Shown here: positions 24,271 through 38,239 of the stretch, piece by piece
How the letters are laid out: each line of letters starts with the position of its first letter
Position numbering within the stretch: position 1 is the first letter of the stretch
Source of the DNA: Squalus acanthias
Lineage: Eukaryota
Direction of reading: 5' to 3'
Length of the DNA: 64,000 nt
NCBI GenBank assembly: GCA_030390025.1
Contig: CM059431.1
Span: 152,646,001 to 152,710,000, forward strand
The notes under the pieces: generated by a model
What the model was told of the DNA's origin: nothing
What the model saw: the letters and a program-made list of their open reading frames with translations, nothing else
Database searches by the model: none
Translations under genes and position numbers: made by a program

Positions 24271-24489
24271 TTACATTAGTTTCGCTATTTGATATGAAGT
24301 TTGATATTTCTGATATATTTGGCCGATCCCTGCTGGTGAATTTTAAGCGTGCTATTGTTACAGAATCTCCGACTAAAGATAGATTCCTCGTTATCTAGCT
24401 TCCTTTCAATCCGTTCTTCGTGTATCATATTTGGTTGGACATTATTTCACTTTTTAATCAAGAGGTGTGAGCTTCAGATTCTTTAAAAT

Positions 24490-25935
24490 GGCCCGTAATT
24501 TGCGACCCCTACGGGCGCGTACGAGGCCTCGCAAGTACCGGGTTTTCGCGCGCGAAGCGCATGCGTGAATAGCCGGAACTTGCGATCATGTCAAGAATCT
24601 TCTTGACAGATCGCAGCCATCCCCGGGAAAATAGCATTCATGGGTAGAGAGTTGGGCTATTGGCCCAACTTCTGATCAGCGAAAGCCCGTGAAATACTTG
24701 CCAGCGTAAGAGTTTACAATTAAAAAATAAATTTCCATCATGAATTCATTAAAAAACCTGTACAATAAGGTAAGTTTATTTTTAGCCCCTTTAAAACATA
24801 TAGATTTTTTTTCAAAAAGTTGAATTTTTTTTTTTAATATTTAACTAAATGGCACTTAAAACTTTTTTGGATAGGTAACTTTTTTTTATTTATTTGACGT
24901 GTAGATGTATTTTTGGGGGTCTTCCCACTCATGCTTAAGGGGTTTCTGTACACCACTTTCCAAACCTCGGAACCTATTGTCAACAAGTGAAGACGTCGAT
25001 GAGGAAGTCCAACACCGCCTTCAGTGTGCCAGTGCAGACTTCGGTCGCCAGAGGAGGAGAGTGTTTGAAGACCAGGAACTTAAACCCGGCACCAAGCTCA
25101 GGGTCTACAGAGCAGCAGTGATACCCGCCCTCCTGTATGCCTCAGAGACGTTAACCATGTACAGCAGGCACCTCAAAGCACTGGAGAGGTACCACTAACG
25201 CTGCCTCCACAAGATCCAGCAAATCCATTGGCAGGATAGGCGCACTAACGTCAGTGCTCTTGCTTATGCCAACATCCCCAGCATCGAAGCTTTGACCACG
25301 CTCGATCAGCTCCGATGGATGGGCCACCTCGTCCGCATTCCCGATATGAGACTCCCAAAACAAGCGCTCTACTCGGAGCTCCGACACGGCAAGAGTGCCC
25401 CAGGTGGACAGAGGAAACGCTTCAAGGACACCCTCAAAGCCTCCTTGAAAAAGTACAAAATCCCCACCGACACCTGGGAATCCCTGGCCCAAGATCGCAC
25501 AACGTGGAGGAGAAATATTCGGGAAGGCGTCAAACACCTCGAGTCTCTGCCGTGAGCAAGCGGAAGCCAAGCGCAAGCAGCACAAGGAGCGCACGTCAAA
25601 ACCCGCACCCCGCCCCCCCCACCACACGCCCCTTCAACCAGCGACTGTCTCACCTGTGAAAGTGTCTGTAGGTCCCGCATTGGACTCATCTGTCACCTGA
25701 GAACGCATTTTTAACGTGGAAGCAAGACATCCTCGGTTCCGAGGGACTGCCTAAGAAGAAGACATAAGGCATCCCCATAAGGATGAATGGGGATTCCCTT
25801 CTTGTATTGGTTGGGCTGGCCCTCGTGATCCCAGGGGCGCTGGCGAACAGCGTACGACCCTGCGATATGTGGGCCTCTAACCGCGTGTACTCAGAGAGGC
25901 CCAGGACCGCGATTTCCGTACCTCCCGGACCACAC
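24490..25935. mobile_element. MITE-like element split by an RTE fragment
   Basis: Starts ggcccgtaatttgcga like the 51282 copy; the central palindrome cccactcatgctta..taaggatgaatggg is interrupted by the RTE. Confidence 0.7.
24950..25763 (+). mobile_element. RTE-clade LINE 3' fragment
   Basis: VYRAAVIPALLYASET, QLRWMGHLVRIPDMRLPKQALYSEL..GGQRKRFKDTLKASLK, C-terminal CxxC..GLICHLRTH; gagggactgcctaagaagaaga tail. Confidence 0.93.
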
Positions 25936-25939
25936 TATC

Positions 25940-27285
25940 TATCTCCCTCTATCTCCCTCCTTTCTTGAATAGGGGCGTTACATTTGCGGTATTCCTATCC
26001 AGGGAGTTTTGGTAGATTACAACCAACGCATCCACTATCTCTGCAGCCACTTCTTTTAAGACCCTAGGATGCAGGCCATCAGGTCCAGGGTACTTGTCAA
26101 CCTTTAGACCCATTGATTTGCCCAGTACGTTTTATCTAGTGATAGTGATTGTTTTAAGTTACTCTCTCCCTATAGCCCCTTGATTATTAATTATTATTGG
26201 GATGCTTTAAGTCTCTTCTACTGTGAAGTCCATTACAAAATATTTCTTCAAAGTCTCTGCCATTTCCAAGTTTCCCATTATTAATTATCAAGTCTCATCC
26301 TCTGCGGGGCCAACGTTTACTTTAGCTACTCTCTTCCTTTTTAATACCTGTCGAGGCGCTTAATGACTGGTTTTATATGTTTTGCTTGATTACACTAACA
26401 ATCTATCTTCTCTTTGTTTTTTCTTTGTCATCCTTTGTTGCTTTCTAAAAATTTCCCAATCCTCTGGCCTACCACTAATCTTCGCAACATTGTATGCCTT
26501 TTCTTTCAATTTGCTACCATTCTTAACTTCCTTAGTTAGCCACGGATGGTTCATCCTACTCGTAGAATCTTTCTTTCTCACTGGAATAAACATTTGCTGA
26601 GAGCTATGAAATATTTCGTTAAATGTCTGCCACTGATTATCTATCATCTTACCCTTTAATCTAATTTCCCAATAAAATTTAGCCAACTCTGTCTTCAAAT
26701 CATTTTAATTGCCTTTATTTCAGTTTAAGACACTAGTTTCAGACCCAAGTTTCTCACCCTCAAACTGAGTTTTAAATTCTATCATGCTATGATCACTCTT
26801 CCCTAGAGGATCCTTTACTATTAGATCATTAATTAATCCTGTCTCATTTCGCATTACCAGATCTAAAATAGGCTGCTCCCGGTTGGTTCACAACGTATTG
26901 TTCTAAGAAACCATCCCGAATACATTCTATGAACACGTCCTCAAGGCTACCCTTGTCAATTTGATTTGTCCAATCTATTTGAAGATTAAAATCGCCCAGG
27001 ATTATTGCAGTACCTTTCTTACAAGTCGCAATTATTTCTTGATTTATACTCTGTCCTACTGTTAGGGGGCCTATAGACAACTCCAACCACTGACTTATTT
27101 CCCTTACTATTGCTTATCTCCACCCAAAATGATTCTACATCTTGATCTCCTGAGCCAATGTCATTTCTCACCACTGCACTGATCACAGGTTTGGTCTAAC
27201 CAGAGGTTTGTACAGCTGCAGCATAACTTCTACCCCCAACGTACTCGAGTCCTCTAGATATAAAGTCCCATTAGCCTTTTTTGCT
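25940..27285 (-). mobile_element. CR1 ORF2 fragment (endonuclease region)
   Basis: TAIILGDFNLQIDW, ECIRDGFLEQYV, HPWLTKEVK. Confidence 0.88.
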
Positions 27286-27679
27286 AATTTACTGGAATCC
27301 GGCGGCTAGATTGATGACAGCTGCTGATAATGTTATACTGATTTTGTTGAACAACTTCATCTTTGTCTTTGATTGTGGAATTCAAATGTTGTCTCTTTAA
27401 TTCCTTCAAATGAATCAATGTCTTTTTGTGAACTTCATGTAAAATCGACAGCCACTATTTTTCCATCGGTGGGTTCAACCTTCGTCAGTTTTTTTCGGAT
27501 TTGTCTGGACTAATTCCCTTTTGAGCTCAAACGGAGAGTCCAAGTTATGTCCATTGTGAATTCTCTGATTTTCTCCTTTGTGCAAAGCACCTATTTTCCC
27601 AACAATTTCCCGGTCCCTTCGAACGCACAAAATCATAGCCTTATATGTGCACTCCTCCCATATCTCTATAGTTGGTATT

Positions 27680-28302
27680 CTGGCTTTATAAATAGAGGAA
27701 TAGAGTTCAAATTCCAGGAAGTTCTCCTCAACCTATATCAAACACTTTCGGCGCCAGCTGGAGTATTATGCCCAATTTCGGGCACCACACTTTTGGAAGG
27801 ATCTGAATGCTTTGGAGAGGGTACAGAGAGATTTATGAGACTAGTTCCAGGGAGGAAGGATTTCAGCTAATTGGATAGACTGGAGAAGCAGGGGTAGTTC
27901 GCCTCAGAGCAGAGAAGGCTAACAGAGATTTCATAGAGGTGTTTGTAATCATGAAGGATTTAGAAAGATTAAATGAAGATAAGTGCTTCCAATGGATGAA
28001 ATATCGATAACCAGAGGAAACAGATTTAAGGTGTTTGGCAAAAGAACCAGAGGCGACATGAGGAAAAACTATTTTACGCAACGAATGGTTAGGATTTGGA
28101 ATGCACTGCCTGATAGGGCAGTGGAAACAGATTCAATAGTAGCCTTCAAAGGGGAATGGGATAAATACTTGATGGAGAAAATATTTCAGGGAAATGGGGA
28201 AAATGTCGGGGAGTGGGACTAACTGGATTGCTCTTTGAAAGAGCCGGCGCAGACTCCGTGGGCCAAATGGCCTCTTTCTGTGTGGTACTCTTCTATGATT
28301 CT
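27680..28302 (+). mobile_element. CR1 3' fragment
   Basis: TRGNRFKVFGKRTRGDMRKNYFTQRMVRIWNALP; ttctatga tail. Confidence 0.9.
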
Positions 28303-28644
28303 ATAGGCCGTATAATGCTTCTGTCTAGACACTGAATTCGAAATAAGAAAAGCTTCTAGTTTGACCGATACCTCTCGCTGATCTTTAGCATCCTCCTGTA
28401 AATTTTCGTTGCCTGCCCTTCGTTGACCAATATTGCTATTGTCTGAACTTCCCTCCACTGTTTTCCCTTTAACACCAGTGTACGCTTTCCTATATATCGT
28501 TTGTCATTCACCATCCTTCCGGTGTTAAAATCAACTGTCAGCGTCCATTCTCCCTCTCCAACTCTTTCCTTTCCAGACCATTGGAACATTTGATCTCTAT
28601 TGAACAAAACGTTTTAAATCTTCAGGCCTTTAAAATGCAAGCAT

Positions 28645-31600
28645 AGAATCATAGAAAGTTACAGCACGGAAGCAGTCCATTTCGGTCCATTGTGTCCGTG
28701 CCGGCCAACAAAGAGCTATCCAGCCTAATCCCACTTCCCAGCTCTTGGTCCGTAGCCCTGCAGGTTACAGCATCCCAAGTACACATCTAAATACTTTTTT
28801 AAATGTGGTTATGGTTTCTGCCTCTACCACCCTTTCAGGCAGAGAGTTCCAGACCCCCACAACCATCTCGGTGAAGAAATTTCCCCTCAAATCCCCTCTA
28901 AAGCTTCCACCAATTACTTTAAATCTGTGCTCCCTGATGTTTGACCCCTCTGCTGAGGGAAATAGGTGCTTTCTATCCACTTTATCCAGGCCCCACATAA
29001 TTATATACACCTCAATAAGGTCTCCTCTCAGCCTCTGCTGTTCCAAGGAAAACAGACTCAGCCTATCCAGTCTATCCTCATAGCTAAGATTCTTTACTCC
29101 CGGCAACATCCTTGTAAATCTCATCTGTACCCTCTATAGTGCAATCACTTCTTTCCTGTAATGTGGTGACCAGAACTGCATGCAGTACTCTAGCTGAGGC
29201 CTAACTAGAGTTTTATACAGTTGAAGCATAACCCTCCTGCTCTTCTATACTATGCCACGGCTAATAAAGGCAAGCATTCCGTATACCTTCTTAACCACCT
29301 CATCGACCTGGCCTGTTACCTTCAGGGATCTGTGGACATGCACTCCAAGATCTATTTGTTATAGAGTCATAGAGTTATACAGCACAGAAAGTGGCCCTTC
29401 GGCTCATCGTGTCCGCGCCGGATATCAAGCCCTGTCTATTCTAATCCCATTATCCAGCAATTGGTCCGTAGCCTTGTATGCTACGGCGTTTCAAGTGCTG
29501 ATCTAAATGCTTCTTGAATATTGTGAGGGTTCCTGCCTCTAACACTCTTTCAGGCAGTGAGTTCCAGATTCCAACCACCCTCTAGGTGAAAATGTTTTTC
29601 CTGAAATCCCCTGTAAACCTCCTGCCCCTTACTTTGAAACTATGCCCCCTGGTTATTGACCCCTCTACTAAGGGGAAATGTCCCTTTCTGTCTACGCTAT
29701 CAAAGCCCCTCATAATTTTGTACAATCAATCAGTTCCCCCCTCAGCCTTCTCTGCTCTCAGGAAACAAAACCAGCCTGTTCAGTCTCTCTTCATAGCTGA
29801 AGCGCTCCAGCCCAGGTAACATCCTGGTTAATCTCCTCTGCACCCTCTACAATGCAATCACATCCATCCTATATTGTGGAGACCAAAACTGCACACAGTA
29901 TTCCAGCTGTGGCCTAACTAGCGTTGTGTACAGCATCATCATAACCTCCCTGCTCTTATATTCTATGCCTCAGCTAATGAAGGCAAGTATCCCATATGCC
30001 TTTTTAACTAACTTATCTACCTGTCGTGCTGCCTTCAGGGATCTATGTACATGCACACCAAGGCCCCCCTGATCATCTGTCCTTCCTAGGGTCCTACCAT
30101 TCATTGTGTATTCCATTGCCTTGTTTGTCCAACCAAAATGCATCACCTCACACTTTTCAGGGTTTACTTCCATTTGCCACTGTTCTGCCCATCTAAACAT
30201 CCGTCTATATCGTCCTGTAGCCTGAGGCTTCCCTCCTCGCTTTTTACCACTCCACCAATTTTCGTTTCATCTGCGAACTTACTGATCATACCTCCTGCAT
30301 TCATATCTAAATCATTAATGTACACTACAAACAGCAAAGGACCCAGCACCGATCCCTGCGGTACACCACTGGACACAGGCTTCCAGTCACAAAAAAAACC
30401 TTCGAACATCACCCTCTGCCTCCTGACGCTAAGCCAATTTTGGATCCAATGTGCCAAATTGCGCTGGATCCCATGGGCTCTTACATTCATGACCAGTCTC
30501 CCATGTGGGACTTTGTCAAATGCCATGTAGACTACATCAACTGCACTACCCTCATCCACACACCTAGTCACCTCCTCGAAATATTCAATCAAATTGGTCA
30601 GACATGATCTCCCCCTGACAAAGCCATGCTGACTATCCCTGATTAATCCCTGCCTCTCCAAGTGGAGACTAATTCTGTCCCTCAGAATTGTTTCCAATAA
30701 TTTCCCTACCACTGATGTTAGTCTCACTGGCCTGTAATTCCCTGGTTTATCCCTACTACCCTTCTTGAGCAATGGTACTACGTTAGGTGTTCTCCAGTCC
30801 TCTGGCACATCCGCTGTGGCCAGAGAGTTTCTGAAAATTTGTGTCAGAGCCCCTGCAATCTCCTCCCTTGCCTCAAACAGCAGCCTGTGATACATCCCGT
30901 CACGGCCGGGTATTTCTCCACTTTTAAGCCCGCTAAAACCGCTAGTACTCCTCCCTCTCAATATTAATTTGTTCAAGTATATCACAATCCCTCTGCCCGA
31001 TTTCTATGCCTACAGCACCCTTCTCCATAGTGAACACTCATGCAAAATATTCAATTAAAACCTCACCTACATCTTCCGGCTCAACACACAGATTGCCACT
31101 TTGGTCCCTAATGGGCCCTACTCCTTCCCTGGTTATCCTTTTGCCCTTAATATGCTTATAAAACACCTTGGGATTTTCCTTTATTTTGCCTGCCAGTGTT
31201 TTTTCATGCACCCTCTTCGCTCTCCTAATTTCTTTTTTAAGTACCCCTCTGCACTTTTTATACTCCTCTAGGGCTTCCACTGTTTTTAGTCTTTTGTATC
31301 TGCCAAAAGCCTCCTTTACTTTTCTCTAATCCCTTCTTGTATATCCCTTGACATCCAGGGTTCCCTGGGCTTGTTTGTCCGACCCTTGACCTTTACGGGA
31401 ACATGTTGGCGTTGTCCTCTCTCTATTTCCTTTCTGAAAGACTCCCACTGCTCTGATGTGGATTTTCCTACAAGTAGCTGATCCCAGTCGATTTTGGCCA
31501 GATCCTGCCTTACCATACTAACATCGGCCTTCCCCCAATTTAGAACGTTTATTTCCGGTCCATCTTTGTCCTTTTCCATGACTATCATAAATCTCACCGA

Positions 31601-34600
31601 ATTATGGTGAATGTCACCAAAATGCTCTCCTACTGACACATCTACCACTTGCCCGGCTACATTCCCTAGAATTAGGTCCAATACCGCATCCTCTCTTGTA
31701 GGACCTTCTACATGCTAGCACAAAATGCTTTCCTGGATGCACTTAAAGAATTCCGCACCCTCTGAGCCTTTCACACTCTGACTATCCCAGTTAATAGTGG
31801 GAAAGTTGAAATCCCCTACTATTATCACCCTATTATTTCTACACTTCTCTGAGATTTGACTGCATATCTGTTCCTCTATCTGCCCCTGACTGTTTGGGGG
31901 CCTATAGTATACACCCAGCAAATTGCTTGCCCCCTTTTTTGTTTTTAAGTTCTACCCATATAGCCTCATTAGAGGAACCTTCTTAGATATCATCCCTCCT
32001 TACAGCAGTAATTGACTCCTTGTTTAATATTGCAAAACCCCCTCCTAATTTACACCCCCCACTGTCTCGCCTGAAGATTCTATACCCCGGAAGATTGAGT
32101 TGCCAGTCCTGCCCCTCCGTCAACCATGTCTCTCTGATAGCAACAATATCATACTCCCATGTGTTCATCAACACCTTCAATTCATCTGCCTTACTCGCAA
32201 GACTCTTTGCATTAAAATAAATGCCATCCAGCATTGCCATACTCCCTTGTGCCGTTGCATATTTGCTCTGCCTTCCAGTCTGACTTGCTTTTTTCCTCTA
32301 TATTTGGCTGTGCATAACCCCCTACTATAGCTCCACTCCGTATCCCATCCCCCACTCCCAAGTAAGTTTAACCCACGCCCCCCCCCCCTCACCCCAAACA
32401 GTACTAGCAAACCTCGCCGCAAGGATGTTGTTCCCATTCCGGTTCAGGTGCAACCCGTCCGACTTGTACAGGACCCACCTTTCCCAGAAGCAGACCCAGT
32501 GATCCAGGAAACTAAAGCCCTCCCTCCTGCAACAACTCTTTAGCCACGCATTCATCTGCTCTATCCTCCTATTCCTATACTCACTAGCACGTGACACCGG
32601 GAGTAATCCACAGATTACAAGCTTTGAGGTCCTGTTTTGTAATCTGCTACCTAGCTCCCTAAATTATTGTTGCAGGACCTCATCCCTCTTTCTACCCATG
32701 TCGTTGGTACCAATGTGAACCACGACCTCTGACTGTTCGCCCTCCCCGTTCAGAATTCCCTGCAGCCGTTCAGTGACATCCTTGATCCTGACACCAGGGA
32801 GGCAACATACTATCTGGAGTCACGTCTCCGGCCACAGAAACGTCTATCTCTTCCCCTTACGATAGAATCCCCTATCGCTATTGCTCTCCCCCATTTTTTC
32901 CTCCTCTCTGACCCACTCGTAGTGCCACGGACTTGGCTCTTGCTGCATTCCCCTGGGAAACCATCTCCCCCAGCAGTATCCAAAACGGAAAATCTGTTGG
33001 AGAGGAAGATGGACCCAGGGGACTCCTGCACTACCTTCTGAGTTATTTTACTTTGTCTGGCGGTCACGCATTTCCTGTCTGCATGTGCACTCTTTACCTG
33101 CCGTGTGACCACCTCGTTAAACGTACTATCCACGAAGATCTAAGCTTCGCGGATGCTCCACAGTGACTCCAGCCGCAGCTCCAGCTCCAAAACGTGGATT
33201 TCGAGTAGCTTCAGCTGGAGACACTTGCTCCACATGTGTTCGCCCTTGACACCAAAAGTGTCCCTGACTTCCCACATAACACAGGAGGAGCACTCCACGC
33301 AGCCGAGCTACCCTGCCATGTCCTAGCCTTAATTTACTCCCTTTACTTCCTTTTAATTAAAGAATATTGAATACACTAGGGACCTTACTTCCCTTTAAAC
33401 TCTACTTACTCTCAACTACAGACATTACTTTGACTTTAACGACTGAACTGTAGAAATACTCACCAGGTCCTACTTACCAATCAGCTCCTTCCCTGTTTGT
33501 GACGTCACTTTAGCGGTTTGCATTGTTGCTGTTTGTCTGCTCCCGCTCTCAGACTCTTTCTTTGATGTACAGTAAGAACCAATTCCTACAGGGTGAAAAG
33601 TTAGGAAAAACAAAGGTGAAGCAAGGGAGCTCCTCCTTCCACTCGTCACCTAACTCCCTGACTCACCCAACTCACAGCACTCTGTTTAAACCGCACTCAG
33701 TCTCTGCGCTCGGTCTCCACCCAGGGCCGCTCTCGCTGCCTCTGCTGCCGGTGAGTCTGAGCCGCTCTCTCTCTCTCCCCGCTCTTTAAATCCTCGGTCT
33801 CTGCGCTCGGTCTCAACCCAGGGCCGCTCTCGCTGCTGCCGCCGGTGAGACCCTCCAAGGTCCCTTTGTTCCTCTACACTATTCAGTGTCCTACCATTTA
33901 ATCTGTATTCCCTTTGCTTGTTAGCCCTCCCCAAATGCATTACCTCACATTTCTCCGGATTGATTCCATTTGCCACTGTTCTGCTCACTTGAACAATTTA
34001 TTGATATTTTCCTGCATTCTACATCTTCCATCTTCAGTATTAAGCACCCAGCCGATTGTAATATCAGCTGCAAACTTCTTAATCATACTCCATATATTCA
34101 AGTCTAGATCGTTGATATATACTGCAAAAAGCAAGGGCGCTAGTACTGAGCCCTGCAGAACCCCACTGGAAACAGCCTTCCTGTTACAAAAACACCCATC
34201 AACCATTATCCTCTGCTTCCTGCCTCCGAGCCAGTTTTGAATCCAACTTGACACTTTGCCCTGGATCACATGGGATTTTAACTTCGTTACCAGTCTGCCA
34301 TGTGGAACCATATCAAAAGCCTTGCTAAAGTCCATATACACTACATCAAACGCACTAACCTCATCTACCCTCCTTGTTACCTCCTCAAAACATTCAATCA
34401 GAATTGTCAGACACGACCTTCCCTTCACAAATCCGTGCTGACTCTTCTTGATTAATCCGTGACTTTCTAAATGAAGATTTATCCTGTTGTTCAGAATTCT
34501 TTCCAATAATTTCCCCACCACCGAGGATAGGCTGACTGACTTGTAATTACTCGGTCTATCCTTTTCTCCCTTTTTAAACAAGGGTACCACATTAGCAGTC

Positions 34601-37365
34601 CTCCAGTCATCCGGCACCACACCTAAAGCCAGAGAGGATTGGAAAATGATGATCAGGGCATCTGTTATTTCCTCTTTTGCTGCGCTTAACAGCCTGGGAT
34701 ACATTTCATCCGGGCCTGGTGATTTATCCACTTTTAAAGCTGCTAAAACCCATAATACTTCCTCTCTCACTATGTTTATTTAATTTAATATTTCACACTC
34801 CTCGTCCCTGATAGCAATGTCTGCTTCGCCCCTGTCCTTTGTGAAAGCAGACGCAAAGTATTCATTAAGAACCCTACCGACTTCTCCCGCCTCCACACAC
34901 AGATTACCCTCATGATCTCTAATAGGCCCTACTCTTTCTTTAGTTATCCTCTTATTCTTAATATATTTATAAAACAACTTTGGGTTATTCTGAATTTTAC
35001 TTCTCAAGAATTTTTCATGCTCTCTCTTCTCTTTCCTAAACTCCTTTTTAATTGCACCCCTGCACATTCTGTACTCCTCTAAAGATTCTGGAGTATTTAG
35101 CCCTCGGTATTTGCCATACGCCTCCCTTTTTTTCATTATCCTACCCTGTATGTCCCAAGACATCCAGGGAGCTCTAGATTTGTTAATCCCACCTTTTTTC
35201 TTTAAGGGCACATATTTGGTCTGAACACTCCCGATCTCCTCCTTGAATGACTCCCACTGCCCTGACACTGATTTACCTTCAAATAGATATTTCCAGCTCA
35301 CTACGGCCAAATCCCCTCTGAGCTTAGCAGAATTTACTTTTCCCCAATGTAGAATTTTTATTCCTGGTCTTTCCTTGTCCTTTTCCATAATTACATTAAA
35401 TGTACCTGAATTATGGTCACTAGCACCAAAATGCTCCCCCACTGATACGCCTTCTATCTGCCCAGCTTCATTCCCTAAAACTAATTCCAGAACCACCCCC
35501 TCGCTTGTTGGGCTTGCTACATACTGGCTAAAAAATTCTCCTGGATGTATTTTAGCAATTCCGCTATACCCTTCACACTAATTTTATCCCAGTTAATATT
35601 GGGGTAGTTGAAATCCCATACTATTACTACCCTATAGTTTTTGCACTTCTCAGAAATTTGGCTTCATATTTGTTATTCTGTCTCCCTCTCACTGTTTGGG
35701 GGTCTATAGTACAGTCCCATCAATGTGATCGCCCATTTATTTGTTTTTCAATTCGACCTATATGGCCTCGTTTGATGATCCCTCCAAAATATCATCCCTC
35801 CTCACAGCTGTAATAGTTTATTTAAACAATACCGCGACACCACCCCCCCCTGCCATTTTACCTCCCACTCCATCCCGTCTGAAAATCCTGTAACCAGGAA
35901 TGTTGAGCTGCCTTACGTGCCCGTCTTTCAGCCACGTCTTTGTAATAGCTATAATATCATAGTCCCAAATATCTACCTGTGCCCTCAGCTCATCTGCCTT
36001 GTTCGCTGTACTCCTTGCATTGGAGTATATACCATTTAGTACAGGCAAACCTCCTTATTGAATACTTCTCGCCCTTGATTCCTCTGTCCTTCCAATTTAC
36101 TTTCTACGTTTTTGTTTTCAAATTCCATTCTATTCTCTATTCTTAGGTTCCCATCCCCCTGCCAAGCTAGTTTAAACCCTCCCTAACATCACTAGCAATC
36201 CCCCCCCCGCACCCCACCCCCAGTTCTGTTGAGCTGCAATCGTCCGGCTTGTACAGGTCCCACCTCCCCCAGAAACGGACCCAATGCCTCAGGAATCCAA
36301 AGCCCTCCCTTCTGCACCATCCTTCCAGCCACGCATTCATCTGCTTTATCCTCCTATTTCTGGACTCACTAGCACGTGGCACCGGGAGTAATACGGAGAT
36401 TACTACTTTTGAGGTCCTGTTTTTTAATCTGACTTCTAGCTCCCTAAACTCTGCCTGCAAGACCGCTTCCCTCTTTGCAGCTGTGCACCAAGGAGGCAAC
36501 ATACCATCCTGGAGTCACGTCTGCGGCCGCAGAAACGCCTGTCTTCTCCACTCACTGTTGAATCCCCTGCCACTTTTGCTCTTTCACAATGTTTCCTCCC
36601 CCACTGTGCAGCGGAGCCACCCGTGGTGCCGAGGACTTGGATCTGAGTGCAATCCTCAGAGGGACCATCGCCCCCACCAGTATTCAGAATAGAATTCCTG
36701 TTGGAGAGCGAGATGACCTCCGGGGCCTCCTGCACTTCCTGCCTGATCTTCTTCTATCTGGTGGTCGCCTACTTGATCTCTGTCCGCTTTCTCTTAGGCT
36801 GCGGGGTGACCACCTCACTTAACGTGTTATCCACGTAGTTCTCAGCCTCGCGGATGCACCACAGTGACTCCAGTCGCCGCTCAACTTCTGTAAACCGTCG
36901 CTCGAGTCGTTGCAGCTGGTGACACTTACTGCACATGTAGTCATCCAGGCAACGCGAATCGTCCATGACTTTCCACATGCCACAGGATGTGCACTCCGCT
37001 AGACTGAGCTGCCCTGCCAATCCTGTCATCCCTTTACCGAACAGGCTATTTAAAAGACTAAGTACTAACCCTTATTTAAAGACTAAGAACTACCCATTAT
37101 TTAAAGACTTTAACTAACTTAACAGAATAGGCTTTAGACTTAAAAAAAAACACTCACCCACTACTCTCCAATCAGCTGCTTCCCTTGTGCCGACATCACT
37201 TTTAATCTGTGACGTCACTTTCGAATGTTGCCTGTTGGGGGCCGCTCTCGCTGCTGCCGCTGCCGGTGAGTCTGGGCCTCGCACTCTCTCCCGCTCCTTA
37301 TACACCCCGCTGTCGCTTTGGCACCTCCCAGGGCCGCTCTCGCTGCTGCCGCTGCCGCTATCAAG
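28645..37365 (-). mobile_element. Near-full-length CR1 (outer), split by a second CR1: pieces 33853-37365 and 28645-29360
   Basis: 5'UTR ~37030-37365; ORF1 with CxxC zinc finger and SGNH-esterase-like VAGDSTV; ORF2 EN (YSNARS, IAITKTWL) and RT (YMDFSKAFD). The RT breaks at EEQRDLG (~33855) and resumes as HVHRSLK at ~29340. Confidence 0.88.
29361..33852 (-). mobile_element. Near-full-length CR1 (inner)
   Basis: 5'UTR; ORF1 (AIGDSIVRG, DGLHLN esterase motifs); ORF2 EN (YFNAKSL, VYYRPPN, VGDFNFP) and RT (SKFADETK); own 3' tail atagagtcatagag. Degenerate TSD ctccaagatctatttgtt (29343-29360) versus ctccaaggtccctttgtt (33853-33870), 15/18 identical. Confidence 0.9.
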
Positions 37366-37594
37366 ATTTCATTAGTATTCCCTCACGTCGATGTCTCGAC
37401 AATTTAGACAGTGTTTAAATTCCGTCAAATACGGCTTGATCCTTTTTGCGTTGGATAATTATTAAATGAGCTTATTAATTTATCACTTCTTCATTCCAAA
37501 GTAACAGTATTGGGAGATCCTGTTCATTCGGACTTGTTTCTTTTTAAAGTTTCATTCTATGTTTAAAAATCCTAAAATTAAAATTTCAATTTAG

Positions 37595-37935
37595 CGCTAC
37601 AACAACAAGTTGCATTTATATAGCGCCTGTATTGTAGTTAAACTTTCCAACGAGTTGCAAATGGAGATATTTGGAGAGGAAGAGGTCGGTTTTAAGGAGC
37701 CTCTGAAGGGAAGAGAGAGAGCCCGAGAGCCTGCGAGGTTTAGGGAGGCAATTACAGAGTTTAGGGCCTCGGCAGCTGAAGGCACGGCAGCCAATTGTGG
37801 ATTGATAAAATTTGGAGATGCGCAAGAGGTTAGAATTGGTGGACTGCAGAGGCCTTGGAGGATTTTAGGCTGGAGACGTTACATAGATATGGAGGGGCGA
37901 GGCCATGGAGGGATTTGAACACAAGGATGAGAATT
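37595..37935 (-). mobile_element. L2-like LINE 3' fragment
   Basis: aacaacaagttgcatttatatagcgcc end shared with the DeuSINE tails; minus frame GCRAFSCRGPKLCNCLP..LLKTDLF. Confidence 0.7.
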
Positions 37936-38239
37936 AATTGTATCGTATCTTTTGATAAGTGATTTGTAATTAAATAATTTTTCCATTGTAGATATTTTCG
38001 ATTTAATGAAAGGGCTAACCGATTGGAATTGTTTTCGGTGACAAGGCATCCAAGCTGTCGTTCACCCCATCCTCGCTGTTAGCTGTCCAACAAAGTCCCA
38101 GACGACATTGATTTGAAGACAAAGTTCAGAGTTGCTGAAGAAGAGAACCGGAACGTGGGTTACACAAGCAAAGAAGGACACAACCTAGCTCCGGCTGAAT
38201 ACAGAATACTGAAAGTATAAAAGACTGAAAGAAAACAAA

